Of a stretch of DNA of 64,000 bases, positions 1 through 9,476 are shown piece by piece. A model generated the notes under the pieces. That model did no database searches. It saw only the letters and a program-made list of their open reading frames with translations, and had not been told where the DNA came from. The position numbers and the translations under genes are program-made. Origin of the DNA: Polyangiaceae bacterium (lineage in GTDB: Bacteria; Myxococcota_A; Polyangia; Polyangiales; Polyangiaceae). The stretch is from contig JAPSGB010000004.1 in NCBI GenBank assembly GCA_035063585.1, positions 128,001 through 192,000 on the forward strand, read 5' to 3'. The stretch's first letter is position 1. Each line of letters begins with the position of its first letter.

Positions 1-735
1 ATGAGCGGCGTCGAGGTGCAGCCGGTCCTGAAAATAGAAGGCGATCGTCTGCTCCATGGCGACCGAGGCCAGGGTTGCGACCAGCCCGACGGCAAGCAGC
101 GGCCAAACGCGGGCGTCGCGGAGCGAGAGCGGCGTCGGCTCGCGGGCCTCGACGTGGCTCTTGGGCTCCGGCAGCTTCCACCACACGAAGAGCGCGTTCA
201 GGAGGGCGACCGCGCTCGAAAAATACACCGGCGCGAGCAGGCTCACGTGGCTGAGGGCGGCGCCGATGCCGGGGCCGAAGATCACCCCGAGCCCGAAGGC
301 CGCACCGATGACCGCCATGCCGCTCGTGCGGTCGGCGCGGCCGGTCACGTCCGCGACGTAGGCCTGCGCGGTCGGCAAGGTTGCGCTCGAGAAGGTACCG
401 CCGAGCAGGCGGGCGACCAGCATGAGGGCGAAGACCGTGAGCCGAGGCAGGACGCCGCGCATCCCGAGCTCGGCGGCGACTGCGAACAGGAAGAAGGTGA
501 TCGCGAAGCCGAGGATGCCGGTGAGCATCACCGGCTTCCGCCCGATACGCTCGCTCTTCCGCCCCCAGTAGGGGCTGATGAGGAACTGCATGAGCGCGTA
601 CGCGGTCGAGAACATCCCGACCTGGAGCTCGGTGAAGCCGAGCTCTCGCCCGAGCGGTGCCAGGATCGGAAACAGCACCGACAGCCCGAGGATGCTGTTG
701 AAGAGGGCGATGAAGAGGAGGCTGATGGGCTTCAC
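1..735 (-). CDS. MFS transporter, TetA/DHA1-like (runs off the window edge, 3' part missing)
   Basis: Not in the ORF track. Minus-strand reading gives [25 protein letters not shown]...[24 protein letters not shown] (MFS motif A)...AQAYVADVT...[15 protein letters not shown] (motif C). Start is GTG 735; an in-frame ATG lies at 750. Confidence 0.85.
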   Translation of the reverse strand, partial: MKPISLLFIALFNSILGLSVLFPILAPLGRELGFTELQVGMFSTAYALMQFLISPYWGRKSERIGRKPVMLTGILGFAITFFLFAVAAELGMRGVLPRLTVFALMLVARLLGGTFSSATLPTAQAYVADVTGRADRTSGMAVIGAAFGLGVIFGPGIGAALSHVSLLAPVYFSSAVALLNALFVWWKLPEPKSHVEAREPTPLSLRDARVWPLLAVGLVATLASVAMEQTIAFYFQDRLHLDAAH

Positions 736-924
736 GAGCGAGGGGACCATAGCAGCAGAGCCGCGCCATCGGGACCGGGCTCGCCGCCGCCTGGGAGCCG
801 ACCTCGGGCGCGCCACCAGCCGGCGCGCCGCCCCGCCCCAGCGCCGCGCGCTGGCGCGTTCAGGCGGATTCCGCGCCGGACCGGCATCCCCCCATCCCTC
901 CCGGGCTCGGTGTATAAGCGCGCC

Positions 925-1524
925 ATGGCTGAACCGACCTTTCCTCCCATCGACGTCCCCGGCAAGGGGCAGCTCTACGCTCGGCTCCACACCACGCAAG
1001 GAGCGATCGTGATCGCGCTCGAAGAGCACCGCACCCCGAAGACGGTCGCCAACTTCGTGGGGCTCGCGACCGGCAAGATCGCCTGGACGGATCCGAAGAG
1101 CGGGCAAGGGATGCAAGGGACGCCGATGTACGACGGCGTGCGCTTCCACCGGGTCATCCCCGGGTTCATGGTGCAGGTGGGCGATCCGCTGAGCCGCCAC
1201 GTCGATCAGCGCGGGCGCTGGGGCACGGGCAGCCCGGGCTATCGCTTCGGTGATGAGTTCCACCCGGAGCTCAAGCACGACCGCCCAGGCATCCTCAGCA
1301 TGGCGAACGCCGGCCCCGGCACCAACGGCGCGCAGTTCTTCATCACCGAGGGGCCGACGCCGCACCTGAACGGCAAGCACTCGGTGTTCGGTCACGTGGT
1401 GGCTGGGCAAGACGTCGTGCACGCGATCGCCAACGCGCCGCGAAACCCGCGCGACATGCCGAACCAGGATCAGCTCATCGATCGCGTGGAGTTGTTCCGC
1501 AGCGAGACCGCGCCGACCGCGTAA
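925..1524 (+). CDS. Cyclophilin-type peptidyl-prolyl cis-trans isomerase
   Basis: [40 protein letters not shown] and HSVFGHV motifs. ATG 925 follows TATAAG. The upstream part of ORF 1..1524 is antisense to the MFS gene. Confidence 0.95.
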   Translation: MAEPTFPPIDVPGKGQLYARLHTTQGAIVIALEEHRTPKTVANFVGLATGKIAWTDPKSGQGMQGTPMYDGVRFHRVIPGFMVQVGDPLSRHVDQRGRWGTGSPGYRFGDEFHPELKHDRPGILSMANAGPGTNGAQFFITEGPTPHLNGKHSVFGHVVAGQDVVHAIANAPRNPRDMPNQDQLIDRVELFRSETAPTA

Positions 1525-1548
1525 CCTCGCCCGGGGCCAGGGCGCTCG

Positions 1549-2757
1549 TCAGGCGCGCTCGAAGAGCGTGGCGATGCCCTGGCCGACCCCGATGCAGAGC
1601 GACGCGAGGCCGAGCCGCGCCTTCGGGTCGGCCTTCATCGCATGCATCAGGGTGACCACGATCCGCGCGCCCGACGCACCGATCGGGTGGCCGAGCGAGA
1701 TGGCGCCGCCGCGCACGTTCACCCGCTTCGGATCGAGGTCGAGGCTCCTCACGCAGGCGATGCTCTGTGAGGCGAAGGCCTCGTTCAGCTCGATGACGTC
1801 GAGGTTCGGGGCGCGGAGCCCGGCGCGCGCGAGCGCCTTGCGCGTAGCGGGAATGGGGCCCTCGCCCATGTAGCTCGGGTCGACCCCGGCCGTCGCGTTC
1901 GCGACTAGCCTCAGGCTCGGCGTCACGCCGAGCTCCTTCACGACGCTCTCGCTCGCCAGCATCACCGCCGCCGCGCCGTCGTTGAGCGGCGAGGAGTTTC
2001 CAGCGGTGACGCTGCCGTCGGCGCGGAAGGCAGGCTTCAGCGCCGCGAGCGCCGCGAGCGTGGTGTCCGGTCGCGGGGACTCGTCGCGCGCGAAGACGGT
2101 GGGCGAGCCCTTCCGCTCGGGAATGGTCACCGGCGCGATTTCTCCGGCGAAGAGCCCAGCTTCCCACGCAGCCACGCCCTTTTTCTGCGACTCGAGCGCG
2201 AACTCGTCCTGCTCCTGGCGGGTGATGCCGTATTTCTTGGCGACGTTCTCCGCCGTCTCACCCATGCCGAGGAGCGGGAAGCGCTCCTTCATCCGCGGGT
2301 TCGGGTACCGCCAGCCGAGCGTGGTGTCGTAGATGGGCGGCGGCTGTCGCGAGAAGGGTTCCTCCGCCTTCGGCATCGAGAACGGCGCGCGCGTCATGCT
2401 CTCGACGCCGCCCGCGATCGCCACCTCACACTCTCCCACCGCGATCATCCGCGCGACGTCGTTGATCGCCTCGAGGCCGGAGCCGCACAGACGGTTCACG
2501 GTAACCGCGGGCACCTCGTACGGGAGACCCGCGAGCAAGAGCGCCATCCGAGCGACGTTACGGTTGTCTTCGCCGGCCTGGTTCGTGGAACCGAAGGCGA
2601 CGTGGTCGATGCGCGGCGCGAGGGTGGGTTGCCGCTCGACCAACGCCGCGACGACGTGAGCTGCGAGATCATCCGAGCGGATTCGCGCGAGGCCGCCGCG
2701 ATACTTGCCAATCGGTGTCCGCACGCCGTCGATGAGATAAACAGGGTTCAGCGCCAT
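1549..2757 (-). CDS. Acetyl-CoA C-acyltransferase (thiolase, PcaF/PaaJ-like)
   Basis: NRLCGSG catalytic Cys, NEAF, GHPIGASG and CIGVGQG. TAAGAT -10-like hexamer 7 nt before ATG 2757. Confidence 0.93.
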   Translation of the reverse strand: MALNPVYLIDGVRTPIGKYRGGLARIRSDDLAAHVVAALVERQPTLAPRIDHVAFGSTNQAGEDNRNVARMALLLAGLPYEVPAVTVNRLCGSGLEAINDVARMIAVGECEVAIAGGVESMTRAPFSMPKAEEPFSRQPPPIYDTTLGWRYPNPRMKERFPLLGMGETAENVAKKYGITRQEQDEFALESQKKGVAAWEAGLFAGEIAPVTIPERKGSPTVFARDESPRPDTTLAALAALKPAFRADGSVTAGNSSPLNDGAAAVMLASESVVKELGVTPSLRLVANATAGVDPSYMGEGPIPATRKALARAGLRAPNLDVIELNEAFASQSIACVRSLDLDPKRVNVRGGAISLGHPIGASGARIVVTLMHAMKADPKARLGLASLCIGVGQGIATLFERA

Positions 2758-2863
2758 CGAGCGCATCTTAGAGCAGCCGGTGGGGGCAGGCACAAGCCGC
2801 CTGTCGGCGCCCCCGGACGGGAGCGCGCTTGACACCCTCCGGGGCGAGGGACACGAACCCTGC

Positions 2864-4798
2864 GTGTCGCGACTATTTTCGGCCGGGTTCGCGCTCCTGG
2901 TGGCGAGTCTCCTCAGCCTGACGGCGCGTGCCACGCCGCCCGGCGGGGCCGCCGACGCAGCGCGGGTCGCGCATTTGCTCGACTACATCGGGAGCGACTA
3001 CCGCGGCGCAGTCCAAGGCGGTAAGGTCATCGACGCGCGCGAGTACGACGAACAGGTTGCGCTGGCCGGTGACGCCGCAAAGCTCCTCGGCGAGCTCGTG
3101 GGCCCGTCCGGGTCGCCCGGCGACCGCACGCTCGTCGACGCGGTGGAGCAGGTGCGCGCGCTGGTCACCGCGCGCGCGCCCGAGCGCGAGGTGGCCCGGG
3201 CCAGCGCCGCGGCGCGCGCGGCCGTCGCGGCCCGCTTCGAGCTGAAGGAGAGCCCCGACGCGCCGCCCGACGAAGCGCGCGGGCGCACGCTCTACGCCGA
3301 GCGCTGCGCGAGCTGCCACGGCGCCTCCGGCCACGGCGATACCGACACCGCGCGCGCGCTCGAGCCACGCCCGGCGGATTTCCATGATCGTTCGGTCTCC
3401 GGGAGGATGTCGCCCTATCGCGTCTTTACCACCACCGAGTACGGCGTCCCGAACACCGTCATGATCCCGTTTCCGGAGCTCACCGACGCCGAGCGCTGGG
3501 ATCTCGCGTTTTGGGTCGCGTCACTCGATCACGAGCGCCCGACCACCCCCGTGCCGGAGGCACGCTTCATCACGCTCGCCGAGCTCTCGATGCGGAGCGA
3601 CGACGAGCTCCGCGCGGAGCTCACCGCCGCCGGCATCGCCGGGGCCGACGTCGAGCGCTCGCTCGCCGAGCTGCGGACACGCGCTCCCTTCGAGCCCGTA
3701 CGGGAAGGCTCGGCGCTCTCGCTCGCGCGCGCGGCGCTGCTCCGCGTGGTGCCGCTCTACCGCAGAGGTGACGCATCCGGCGCGCGCCGCCGGCTCCTCG
3801 ACGCGTACCTCGATGGCGTGGAGCCCATCGAAGCGGCGCTCCGCGCGAAGGACGCCGAGCTCACTCGAGCGCTCGAGGGCTCGTTCCAAGACGCGCGCGC
3901 CGCCATCGAGCGCCGCGCGAGCTCGGACGAGGTCGAGGCCCGCGTGAACGACATGCTCGCTCACGTCGGGCGCGCCGAACGCCTGCTCGGCAAGGACTCC
4001 GCGGGGCAATCCTTCTGGTCCGTCCTGCTGGCGGCCGCCGGGATCGCGCTCCGAGAAGGGGTCGAGGCGGCGCTCATCATCGCCGCGCTCCTCGCCGTGG
4101 TCTCGAAATCCGAGCGCCCAGAGCGTAGGCGCGTCGTGCACCTCGGCTGGATGATCGCGCTCGCGGCCGGGCTTCTCACCTGGTTCGCGTCATCGTACCT
4201 GACCCGCATCTCGGGCGCTCGGCGCGAGATGATGGAGGGAGTCACCGCGCTCCTCGCGGCCGCCGTGCTCTTCTACGTGAGTTACTGGCTGCTCGCGCAG
4301 CGTGAGGTGGCCCGCTGGATGAGCTTCCTCCGCGAGAAGGCGAGCGGCGGGCGCGCTACCTTCACGCTATTTGGCGTGGCGTTCCTCGCCGTCTACCGCG
4401 AGGCCTTCGAGACGGTGCTCTTCTTCCAAGCGATCGTGTCACAACCGGGCTCCGGGCCAGCCGCGCTCGCCGGCATCGCCGCCGGGCTCCTCGCGCTCGC
4501 GGTCATCGTGCTCGTCTACGGGCGCGCCGGAAAGCTAGCGCCGCCGCGCGCGTTCTTCACCTTCTCGAGCCTCCTACTCTACGCGCTCGCGATCATGTTC
4601 ATCGGCGAAGGCGTCTCGGCCTTGCAGACGACCGGCACCTTCCCGCTCCACCCAGCGCGGCTCCCGGCGCTCCCGGCGCTCGGCGTCTACCCCACGCTCG
4701 AGACCTACGCCGCGCAGGGGGTTCTGGTCGCAGCGGCAGCGGCGGCCTGGGTGCGGCTTCGCGCGAAACGGCGCGGCGACGCGGCCGAGAGCGGGTAG
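2864..4798 (+). CDS. Cytochrome c / FTR1-family iron (lead) permease fusion, PbrT-like
   Basis: Signal peptide, HLLDYIGSDY N-terminal motif, CASCH heme motif, and two RExxE motifs (REGVE, REAFE) in a C-terminal multi-TM domain. TTGACA at 2829. Confidence 0.9.
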   Translation: MSRLFSAGFALLVASLLSLTARATPPGGAADAARVAHLLDYIGSDYRGAVQGGKVIDAREYDEQVALAGDAAKLLGELVGPSGSPGDRTLVDAVEQVRALVTARAPEREVARASAAARAAVAARFELKESPDAPPDEARGRTLYAERCASCHGASGHGDTDTARALEPRPADFHDRSVSGRMSPYRVFTTTEYGVPNTVMIPFPELTDAERWDLAFWVASLDHERPTTPVPEARFITLAELSMRSDDELRAELTAAGIAGADVERSLAELRTRAPFEPVREGSALSLARAALLRVVPLYRRGDASGARRRLLDAYLDGVEPIEAALRAKDAELTRALEGSFQDARAAIERRASSDEVEARVNDMLAHVGRAERLLGKDSAGQSFWSVLLAAAGIALREGVEAALIIAALLAVVSKSERPERRRVVHLGWMIALAAGLLTWFASSYLTRISGARREMMEGVTALLAAAVLFYVSYWLLAQREVARWMSFLREKASGGRATFTLFGVAFLAVYREAFETVLFFQAIVSQPGSGPAALAGIAAGLLALAVIVLVYGRAGKLAPPRAFFTFSSLLLYALAIMFIGEGVSALQTTGTFPLHPARLPALPALGVYPTLETYAAQGVLVAAAAAAWVRLRAKRRGDAAESG

Positions 4799-4847
4799 CG
4801 CGCGGACGTGGCGGCGCCGGGCCGGAGGCGCGCTCCGGAGCGCACCC

Positions 4848-6374
4848 TCAACGCGCGCGGAACGCGAGGCGGAACTCGTCCATCACCCTGCGCTGGCGCT
4901 CGATATAGCGCCACACCCAGAAGACGACGCCGAGCGTCGCGGCGAGGAAGACCAGCGGCGTCACCGAGCCGAGCGGAGCGCGGATGAGCGCGAACACCAT
5001 GAGGAGCCCCGCGAAGAGGTGCGCGAGCGCGGTGTGACCGTTACTCGGCGCGAGCTCGACCGCGCTCGCGGCGTGGTTCTTCTGCGCGTGAACGATCGCC
5101 CGGAGCGCGAAGGGCAAGGAGAAGAACACGACGTAAATCGTGAACGGCACGTCTCCCACGAACGGCAGGAGCCCGACGATGGCGTAAGCCGAGACGAACA
5201 CGCCGATGAGCACGTTCTTGGCCCTCCGCGCCCCGAGCCGCACGACGAGGGTGTTCTTGCCCGTCTTGGCGTCCGACTCGGCATCGGCGAACGAATTGAT
5301 GACGAGCACGTTGGCGATCAAGAGCGCGACCGGCACCGAGACAGCGAGTGCGCGCCACGAGTACTCGCCGGCCTGTACGAAGTAGGTGCCGAGCGTGATC
5401 CCGACGCCGTAGGTGGTGGCGACCATGAACTCCCCCATGCCGGGCGCGAGGTTGATGAACGAGAACCTCCCTTCCACGCCGGAATAGAAGAGCCCGGCGG
5501 CGAGCCCGTAGAGGATGAGCGGAAGGAGCCCCCATCCGCTCACCGCGACCAAGTAGGCGCCGATGACGGCGGCGACCAAGCTGAGTGAAAATCCCCAGAA
5601 GCCCATCTCGGCGCGCGAGAGGAGCCCGAGCTGGATCATGCGCGAGCCGCCGCTGAAGGGGCGGAGCGCGGAGCGATTCTCGCCGTCGCGCTCGGCGTCC
5701 TTCCAGTCGTTGATCATGTTGGTGCCGACCTGAACGAGCAGCGCGGCGGCGAGGGTGAGCGCGAAGAGGCCAACCTTCAACGTGCCGGTCGCGGCCATCG
5801 CGAGCGCGCCGCCGAGCAAGACCGACACCAGCGACGCGATGAGCGAGAGCGGTCGGGTCGCGGCGCGGTACGCGCGCGCCTTGGCAGCGAGATCGTTCCA
5901 CGGACCGGTCCGCGCTCGATTCTCGGGGAAGTCGAAGACGGTGGGCGGCTGTCCTTGGAGGATCTCGGGGACGAAGCGGTACTTCACCGTGAACGGGCGC
6001 ACCCGAATGAACTCGAGTCGATCGAGCGCGCCTTGCTTTTCCATCTGGGCGACGATCGGCGAGCGCTCCCGCAGGAGCTCGACCGCGCGATCGCGGTCGC
6101 GGTCACGCGCGATTTCCGCGCGCCCGATCACCTCGCACTCTTCCATCTCCATGAACTGGTCGCCCTGATGGATGAGGAGCGCCGTCTCGGGGACGTTCAG
6201 CCACTGGGTGATCTTGGGATCGCCCTTCATGCTGGTGAGGTAGATATCCAGCCCCTCGTCCGCCGCGAAATGCATCATGCGGAGCCGCGGCGCTCCTGCG
6301 TTCGAGGTGCCGACCGCGCCTACCTCGGCGCGCCCCAGATAGGCGAGGACCTCTTCTTTCGATCGCTGTGCCAT
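4848..6374 (-). CDS. Fusion of an N-terminal pyridoxamine-5'-phosphate-oxidase-like split barrel and a MenA/UbiA-family prenyltransferase
   Basis: N-terminal AVGTSNAGAPRLRMMHF...IYLTSMKGDPK resembles the PNPOx-like fold. C-terminal ATRPLSL, NMINDWKD and NSFADAESDAKTGKNTL are MenA-type Asp-rich motifs, with multiple TM helices. Confidence 0.82.
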   Translation of the reverse strand: MAQRSKEEVLAYLGRAEVGAVGTSNAGAPRLRMMHFAADEGLDIYLTSMKGDPKITQWLNVPETALLIHQGDQFMEMEECEVIGRAEIARDRDRDRAVELLRERSPIVAQMEKQGALDRLEFIRVRPFTVKYRFVPEILQGQPPTVFDFPENRARTGPWNDLAAKARAYRAATRPLSLIASLVSVLLGGALAMAATGTLKVGLFALTLAAALLVQVGTNMINDWKDAERDGENRSALRPFSGGSRMIQLGLLSRAEMGFWGFSLSLVAAVIGAYLVAVSGWGLLPLILYGLAAGLFYSGVEGRFSFINLAPGMGEFMVATTYGVGITLGTYFVQAGEYSWRALAVSVPVALLIANVLVINSFADAESDAKTGKNTLVVRLGARRAKNVLIGVFVSAYAIVGLLPFVGDVPFTIYVVFFSLPFALRAIVHAQKNHAASAVELAPSNGHTALAHLFAGLLMVFALIRAPLGSVTPLVFLAATLGVVFWVWRYIERQRRVMDEFRLAFRAR

Positions 6375-6506
6375 TCGTGAGCTCCGCCGCACCTTCTACC
6401 GAAGGTGCCGGGCTCTTGCAAAGCCGGCCGATGAGCCTGAAATGACCGCGCGGCCGCCGGGCGCATCGCTGCGCCTGGCGGCCGGCCACAGGGCGCTCGT
6501 TCGGGC

Positions 6507-7877
6507 TCAGGACCCGCCTTCGGCGGTGGGATCCTGGATGTGACCGACGAACAGGAGCGCGCCCGTCACCTCATCGACGATGGCGACCATGAACGGTCGG
6601 TCGAAGCGCAAGACGATCGGATCCTCGGTGGGGACGCTGGTCGAGCCCGCCGCGATGACGGCGGTCGCGGCAGCCGCTTCCACGCCCATCTCGTCGACGG
6701 CCATCATCGCCTTGTGGACCACGTCCGAGATGAAGAGCCGCTCTCCGTTCGGCGGCTCCGCGCACATGCCGAGGAAGTTCGCCGCGCCGTCGTCGAACGC
6801 CTCGGTCATCCCGGCCTCCTTCAGGATCTTGCCGAGAGACAGCGAGTCGGAGGTGAACTTGAATCGCGGCAGCGCCAGGTCCACGCGGTGATAGGCTCGA
6901 CCATCGAGCATGGCCTTGAAGGCCGCCGCGTCGAGCCCCGCCTCGAATCCCCCGAGGGTGGCCTTCGGGAGCGCCACTACGAGCGACATCGCCTCGCCCG
7001 CGAGCGGGAGCGAGATGAGCTGCGCGTGCTCGTCCTCGTAGTACCGAGACTCCTTGTCTTGCTTCATGAACTGCGCGTTCACCGAGTTGCCGCTCCCGGT
7101 CGTGAAGGAGCCTGCCTCGGTCTGGTCCTCGCTGAACGGGTTGGCCCACGGCATCTTGAGGTGCATCGCGTTCACGAGGACGAGCCGTGAGTCAGGCGTG
7201 AGCGCGCCCTCGGGGATGAGGTCATTTATCTTGTGCTTGGTCTCGGCGCTCACCCAGTCGTTGATGCGGACCCGCTCGACGTCCGGCTGGTGGATGAAAT
7301 CGGCGAGACGGACGCCCGTGCCATAGTCGACCGCGAGCGTGTCGAGGAACGGCTGCTCCCAAGAGTACGTCCCGTCACCCCAGACCGAGTTTACGATGTG
7401 AAGCCGGAAGTCGTCCGGCGACGGCGCCTCCGCGCCAGACGACATCGCCTCTTGCGCGGCGCGCTCGAGCGCGGCGGCCGCGCGCGACTCCAGCGCCTGA
7501 TCGAGCGCGTTCTGCCCGGCGTGGGCGTCGAGGCCTGCTCCGAAATGAAGCACGCTCGCCATCTGGCTCGCCGTGTCGCCGAGCGCGCCGGCGTAGGTCA
7601 TCGAGAGCGCCAGCGACACGCTGAGCGGGGAGGCCACCACGTTCCCGCCGGCGTGCTCTTCCAAGATGCGACCGTAGAGGTCGAAGGTGAAGGCGTTGTT
7701 CGCCGCGACCGTGCCCGCGAGGGTGTCGGCGGACACGCTCTCGGCCGGCGCGCGCGAGAGGTCCGAACGGGCCATGTCCGAGCCGTGGTTCGTCGATCCG
7801 GGCGTCGAGTCCGTCCCGGAGCAGGCGGCGAGTCCGAGGGCGATGAGGGTGGAGGCGGAAAAGAGGAGATTTCGCAT
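6507..7877 (-). CDS. Serpin-family protease inhibitor, lipoprotein
   Basis: Lipobox LAAC, NNAFTFDLY, SPLSVSLALSM, LVLVNAMHLKMPW, hinge EMGVEAAAATA and FDRPF signature. Confidence 0.93.
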   Translation of the reverse strand: MRNLLFSASTLIALGLAACSGTDSTPGSTNHGSDMARSDLSRAPAESVSADTLAGTVAANNAFTFDLYGRILEEHAGGNVVASPLSVSLALSMTYAGALGDTASQMASVLHFGAGLDAHAGQNALDQALESRAAAALERAAQEAMSSGAEAPSPDDFRLHIVNSVWGDGTYSWEQPFLDTLAVDYGTGVRLADFIHQPDVERVRINDWVSAETKHKINDLIPEGALTPDSRLVLVNAMHLKMPWANPFSEDQTEAGSFTTGSGNSVNAQFMKQDKESRYYEDEHAQLISLPLAGEAMSLVVALPKATLGGFEAGLDAAAFKAMLDGRAYHRVDLALPRFKFTSDSLSLGKILKEAGMTEAFDDGAANFLGMCAEPPNGERLFISDVVHKAMMAVDEMGVEAAAATAVIAAGSTSVPTEDPIVLRFDRPFMVAIVDEVTGALLFVGHIQDPTAEGGS

Positions 7878-7889
7878 CCCCGAGAGCAA

Positions 7890-7905
7890 TGCAGCGGGTG
7901 TGCCA
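7890..7905 (-). promoter_or_regulatory. Putative sigma-54 promoter of the serpin gene
   Basis: Minus strand reads TGGCACacccgCTGCA (GG-N10-GC), ending 12 nt before the ATG. Confidence 0.65.
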
Positions 7906-8132
7906 GGACGGTTTACCTCAGCATGGGCGCGCCTATGAGCCAGGAATCGCGCAAGTGATGTCGCCACTTGGCGCAACTTGGCACACCGGTCGCTCGTTGG
8001 CCGATGAGCTGCCGGTCCGGCGCGGCCGGCGGCGCGAGCCTCGGGCCGGCGCGGAAGACGCGGAAAATACCTCCGGCGCGCGCCGCGTCACGGGACGCCG
8101 GCCGCGCCGGACCCGCACCCCTCCACGCACCG

Positions 8133-9431
8133 CTAGGATGCGATGGCGCGCTCGACGATGGCCTCGGCAAAGCGGAGCGCGTGCCCGAGATCGAAGCAGG
8201 CGTCGAGCTCGGCTGGAGAGAGCCGCGCGGAGATGTCGGCGTCTTCCGCGAGCAACGCGCGGAAGGCGCCCTCGCCCGAGAACGCGCGCATCGCGCTCCG
8301 CTGCACGAGCTCGTAGGCGCGCTGGCGCGGGAGCCCGGTCGCGACCAGCGCGAGCATCACCGCCTCGCTGAAGAAGAGGCCGCCGGTGTGGTCGAGGTTC
8401 GCGCGCAGCCGCGCTTCATCGACGACCAGCCCCTCGACCAAGCCGGCCGCGCGCTCGAGCATGAAACCTAGGGTGGCGGTCGCGTCGGGCGCGATCATGC
8501 GCTCGACGCTCGAGTGCGAGATGTCGCGTTCGTGCCACAGGGAGACGTCTTCGAGCGCGGGGACGACGGCGGCGCGGACCACTCGGGCGAGCCCGCAGAG
8601 GTTCTCGCTGAGGATCGGGTTGCGCTTGTGCGGCATCGCGCTCGAGCCCTTCTGGCCCTTGGCGAAGCGCTCCTCGGCCTCGCCGACCTCGGTGCGCTGC
8701 CAGTGCCGGATGTTGGTGGCGAGCCGCTCGATGCCAGCGGCCAGGAGCGCGAGCGCCGAGAAGAACGCCGCGTGGCGATCGCGCGCGACGACCTGGGTCG
8801 CGACCGTCTCGGCGCGGAGGCCGAGCGCGGCGAGCGCGCGCGTCTCGAGCTCGGGCGATAGGTGGGCGTAGGTGCCGACCGCGCCCGCGATCTTGCCGAC
8901 CGCGATCTCCTCGCGCGCCGCGCGGAGCCGCGCGCGGCCGCGCTTCACCTCGGCGAGATGCCCGGCGAGCGCGACGCCGAAGGTCACCGGCTCGGCGTGG
9001 ATACCGTGAGAGCGGCCGATCATCGGCGTCATCACGTGCTCGCGCGCGCGAGCGGTGAGCGCATCGATCAGGCGGTCCGTCCGCTCGAGGAGCAAGTCCG
9101 CGGCGCGGGTCAGCAAGACCGCGAGGCTCGTGTCGAGCACGTCGCTCGAGGTCATGCCCCGGTGCAGCCAGCGCGCGGGTTCGCCGGCGAGCCCCTCGAC
9201 GTGGGTGAGGAACGCGATGACGTCGTGGCGCGTCGTCTGCTCGATGCGAAGGATCTCGGCCGGATCCAGGACGAGCGACTGGTCACGGATGCTCGAGGCG
9301 GTGCCGGCGGGGACGAGCCCGGCGGCTTCCATCGCCTCGCAGGCAGCGAGCTCGACCTCGAGCCACACCTCGAAGCGCACGCGATCGGACCAGAGTTCGG
9401 CGAAGACGGCGGGCGTGTAACGCGGGATCAT
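8133..9431 (-). CDS. purB: Adenylosuccinate lyase
   Basis: MIPRY start, [23 protein letters not shown] and the [11 protein letters not shown] signature. Confidence 0.97.
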   Translation of the reverse strand: MIPRYTPAVFAELWSDRVRFEVWLEVELAACEAMEAAGLVPAGTASSIRDQSLVLDPAEILRIEQTTRHDVIAFLTHVEGLAGEPARWLHRGMTSSDVLDTSLAVLLTRAADLLLERTDRLIDALTARAREHVMTPMIGRSHGIHAEPVTFGVALAGHLAEVKRGRARLRAAREEIAVGKIAGAVGTYAHLSPELETRALAALGLRAETVATQVVARDRHAAFFSALALLAAGIERLATNIRHWQRTEVGEAEERFAKGQKGSSAMPHKRNPILSENLCGLARVVRAAVVPALEDVSLWHERDISHSSVERMIAPDATATLGFMLERAAGLVEGLVVDEARLRANLDHTGGLFFSEAVMLALVATGLPRQRAYELVQRSAMRAFSGEGAFRALLAEDADISARLSPAELDACFDLGHALRFAEAIVERAIAS

Positions 9432-9476
9432 GCTGGGCCGACGCCTAGCGCAGCGTCGCGCGCGCGGAAACCCTCG

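Noticed and set aside
1..924. N-terminal 308 aa of ORF 1..1524 as part of the cyclophilin
   Set aside because: It is the antisense shadow of the MFS gene. The cyclophilin starts at ATG 925.
6389..6408. Hairpin gcaccttc-tacc-gaaggtgc just upstream of the MenA-fusion RBS
   Set aside because: A single 8-bp stem cannot be distinguished from a serpin terminator or chance.
7979..7994. Plus-strand TGGCACaccggTCGCT sigma-54-like site
   Set aside because: It points into the 3' end of purB with no credible downstream gene and has an imperfect -12 element. An antisense RNA cannot be excluded but is unsupported.
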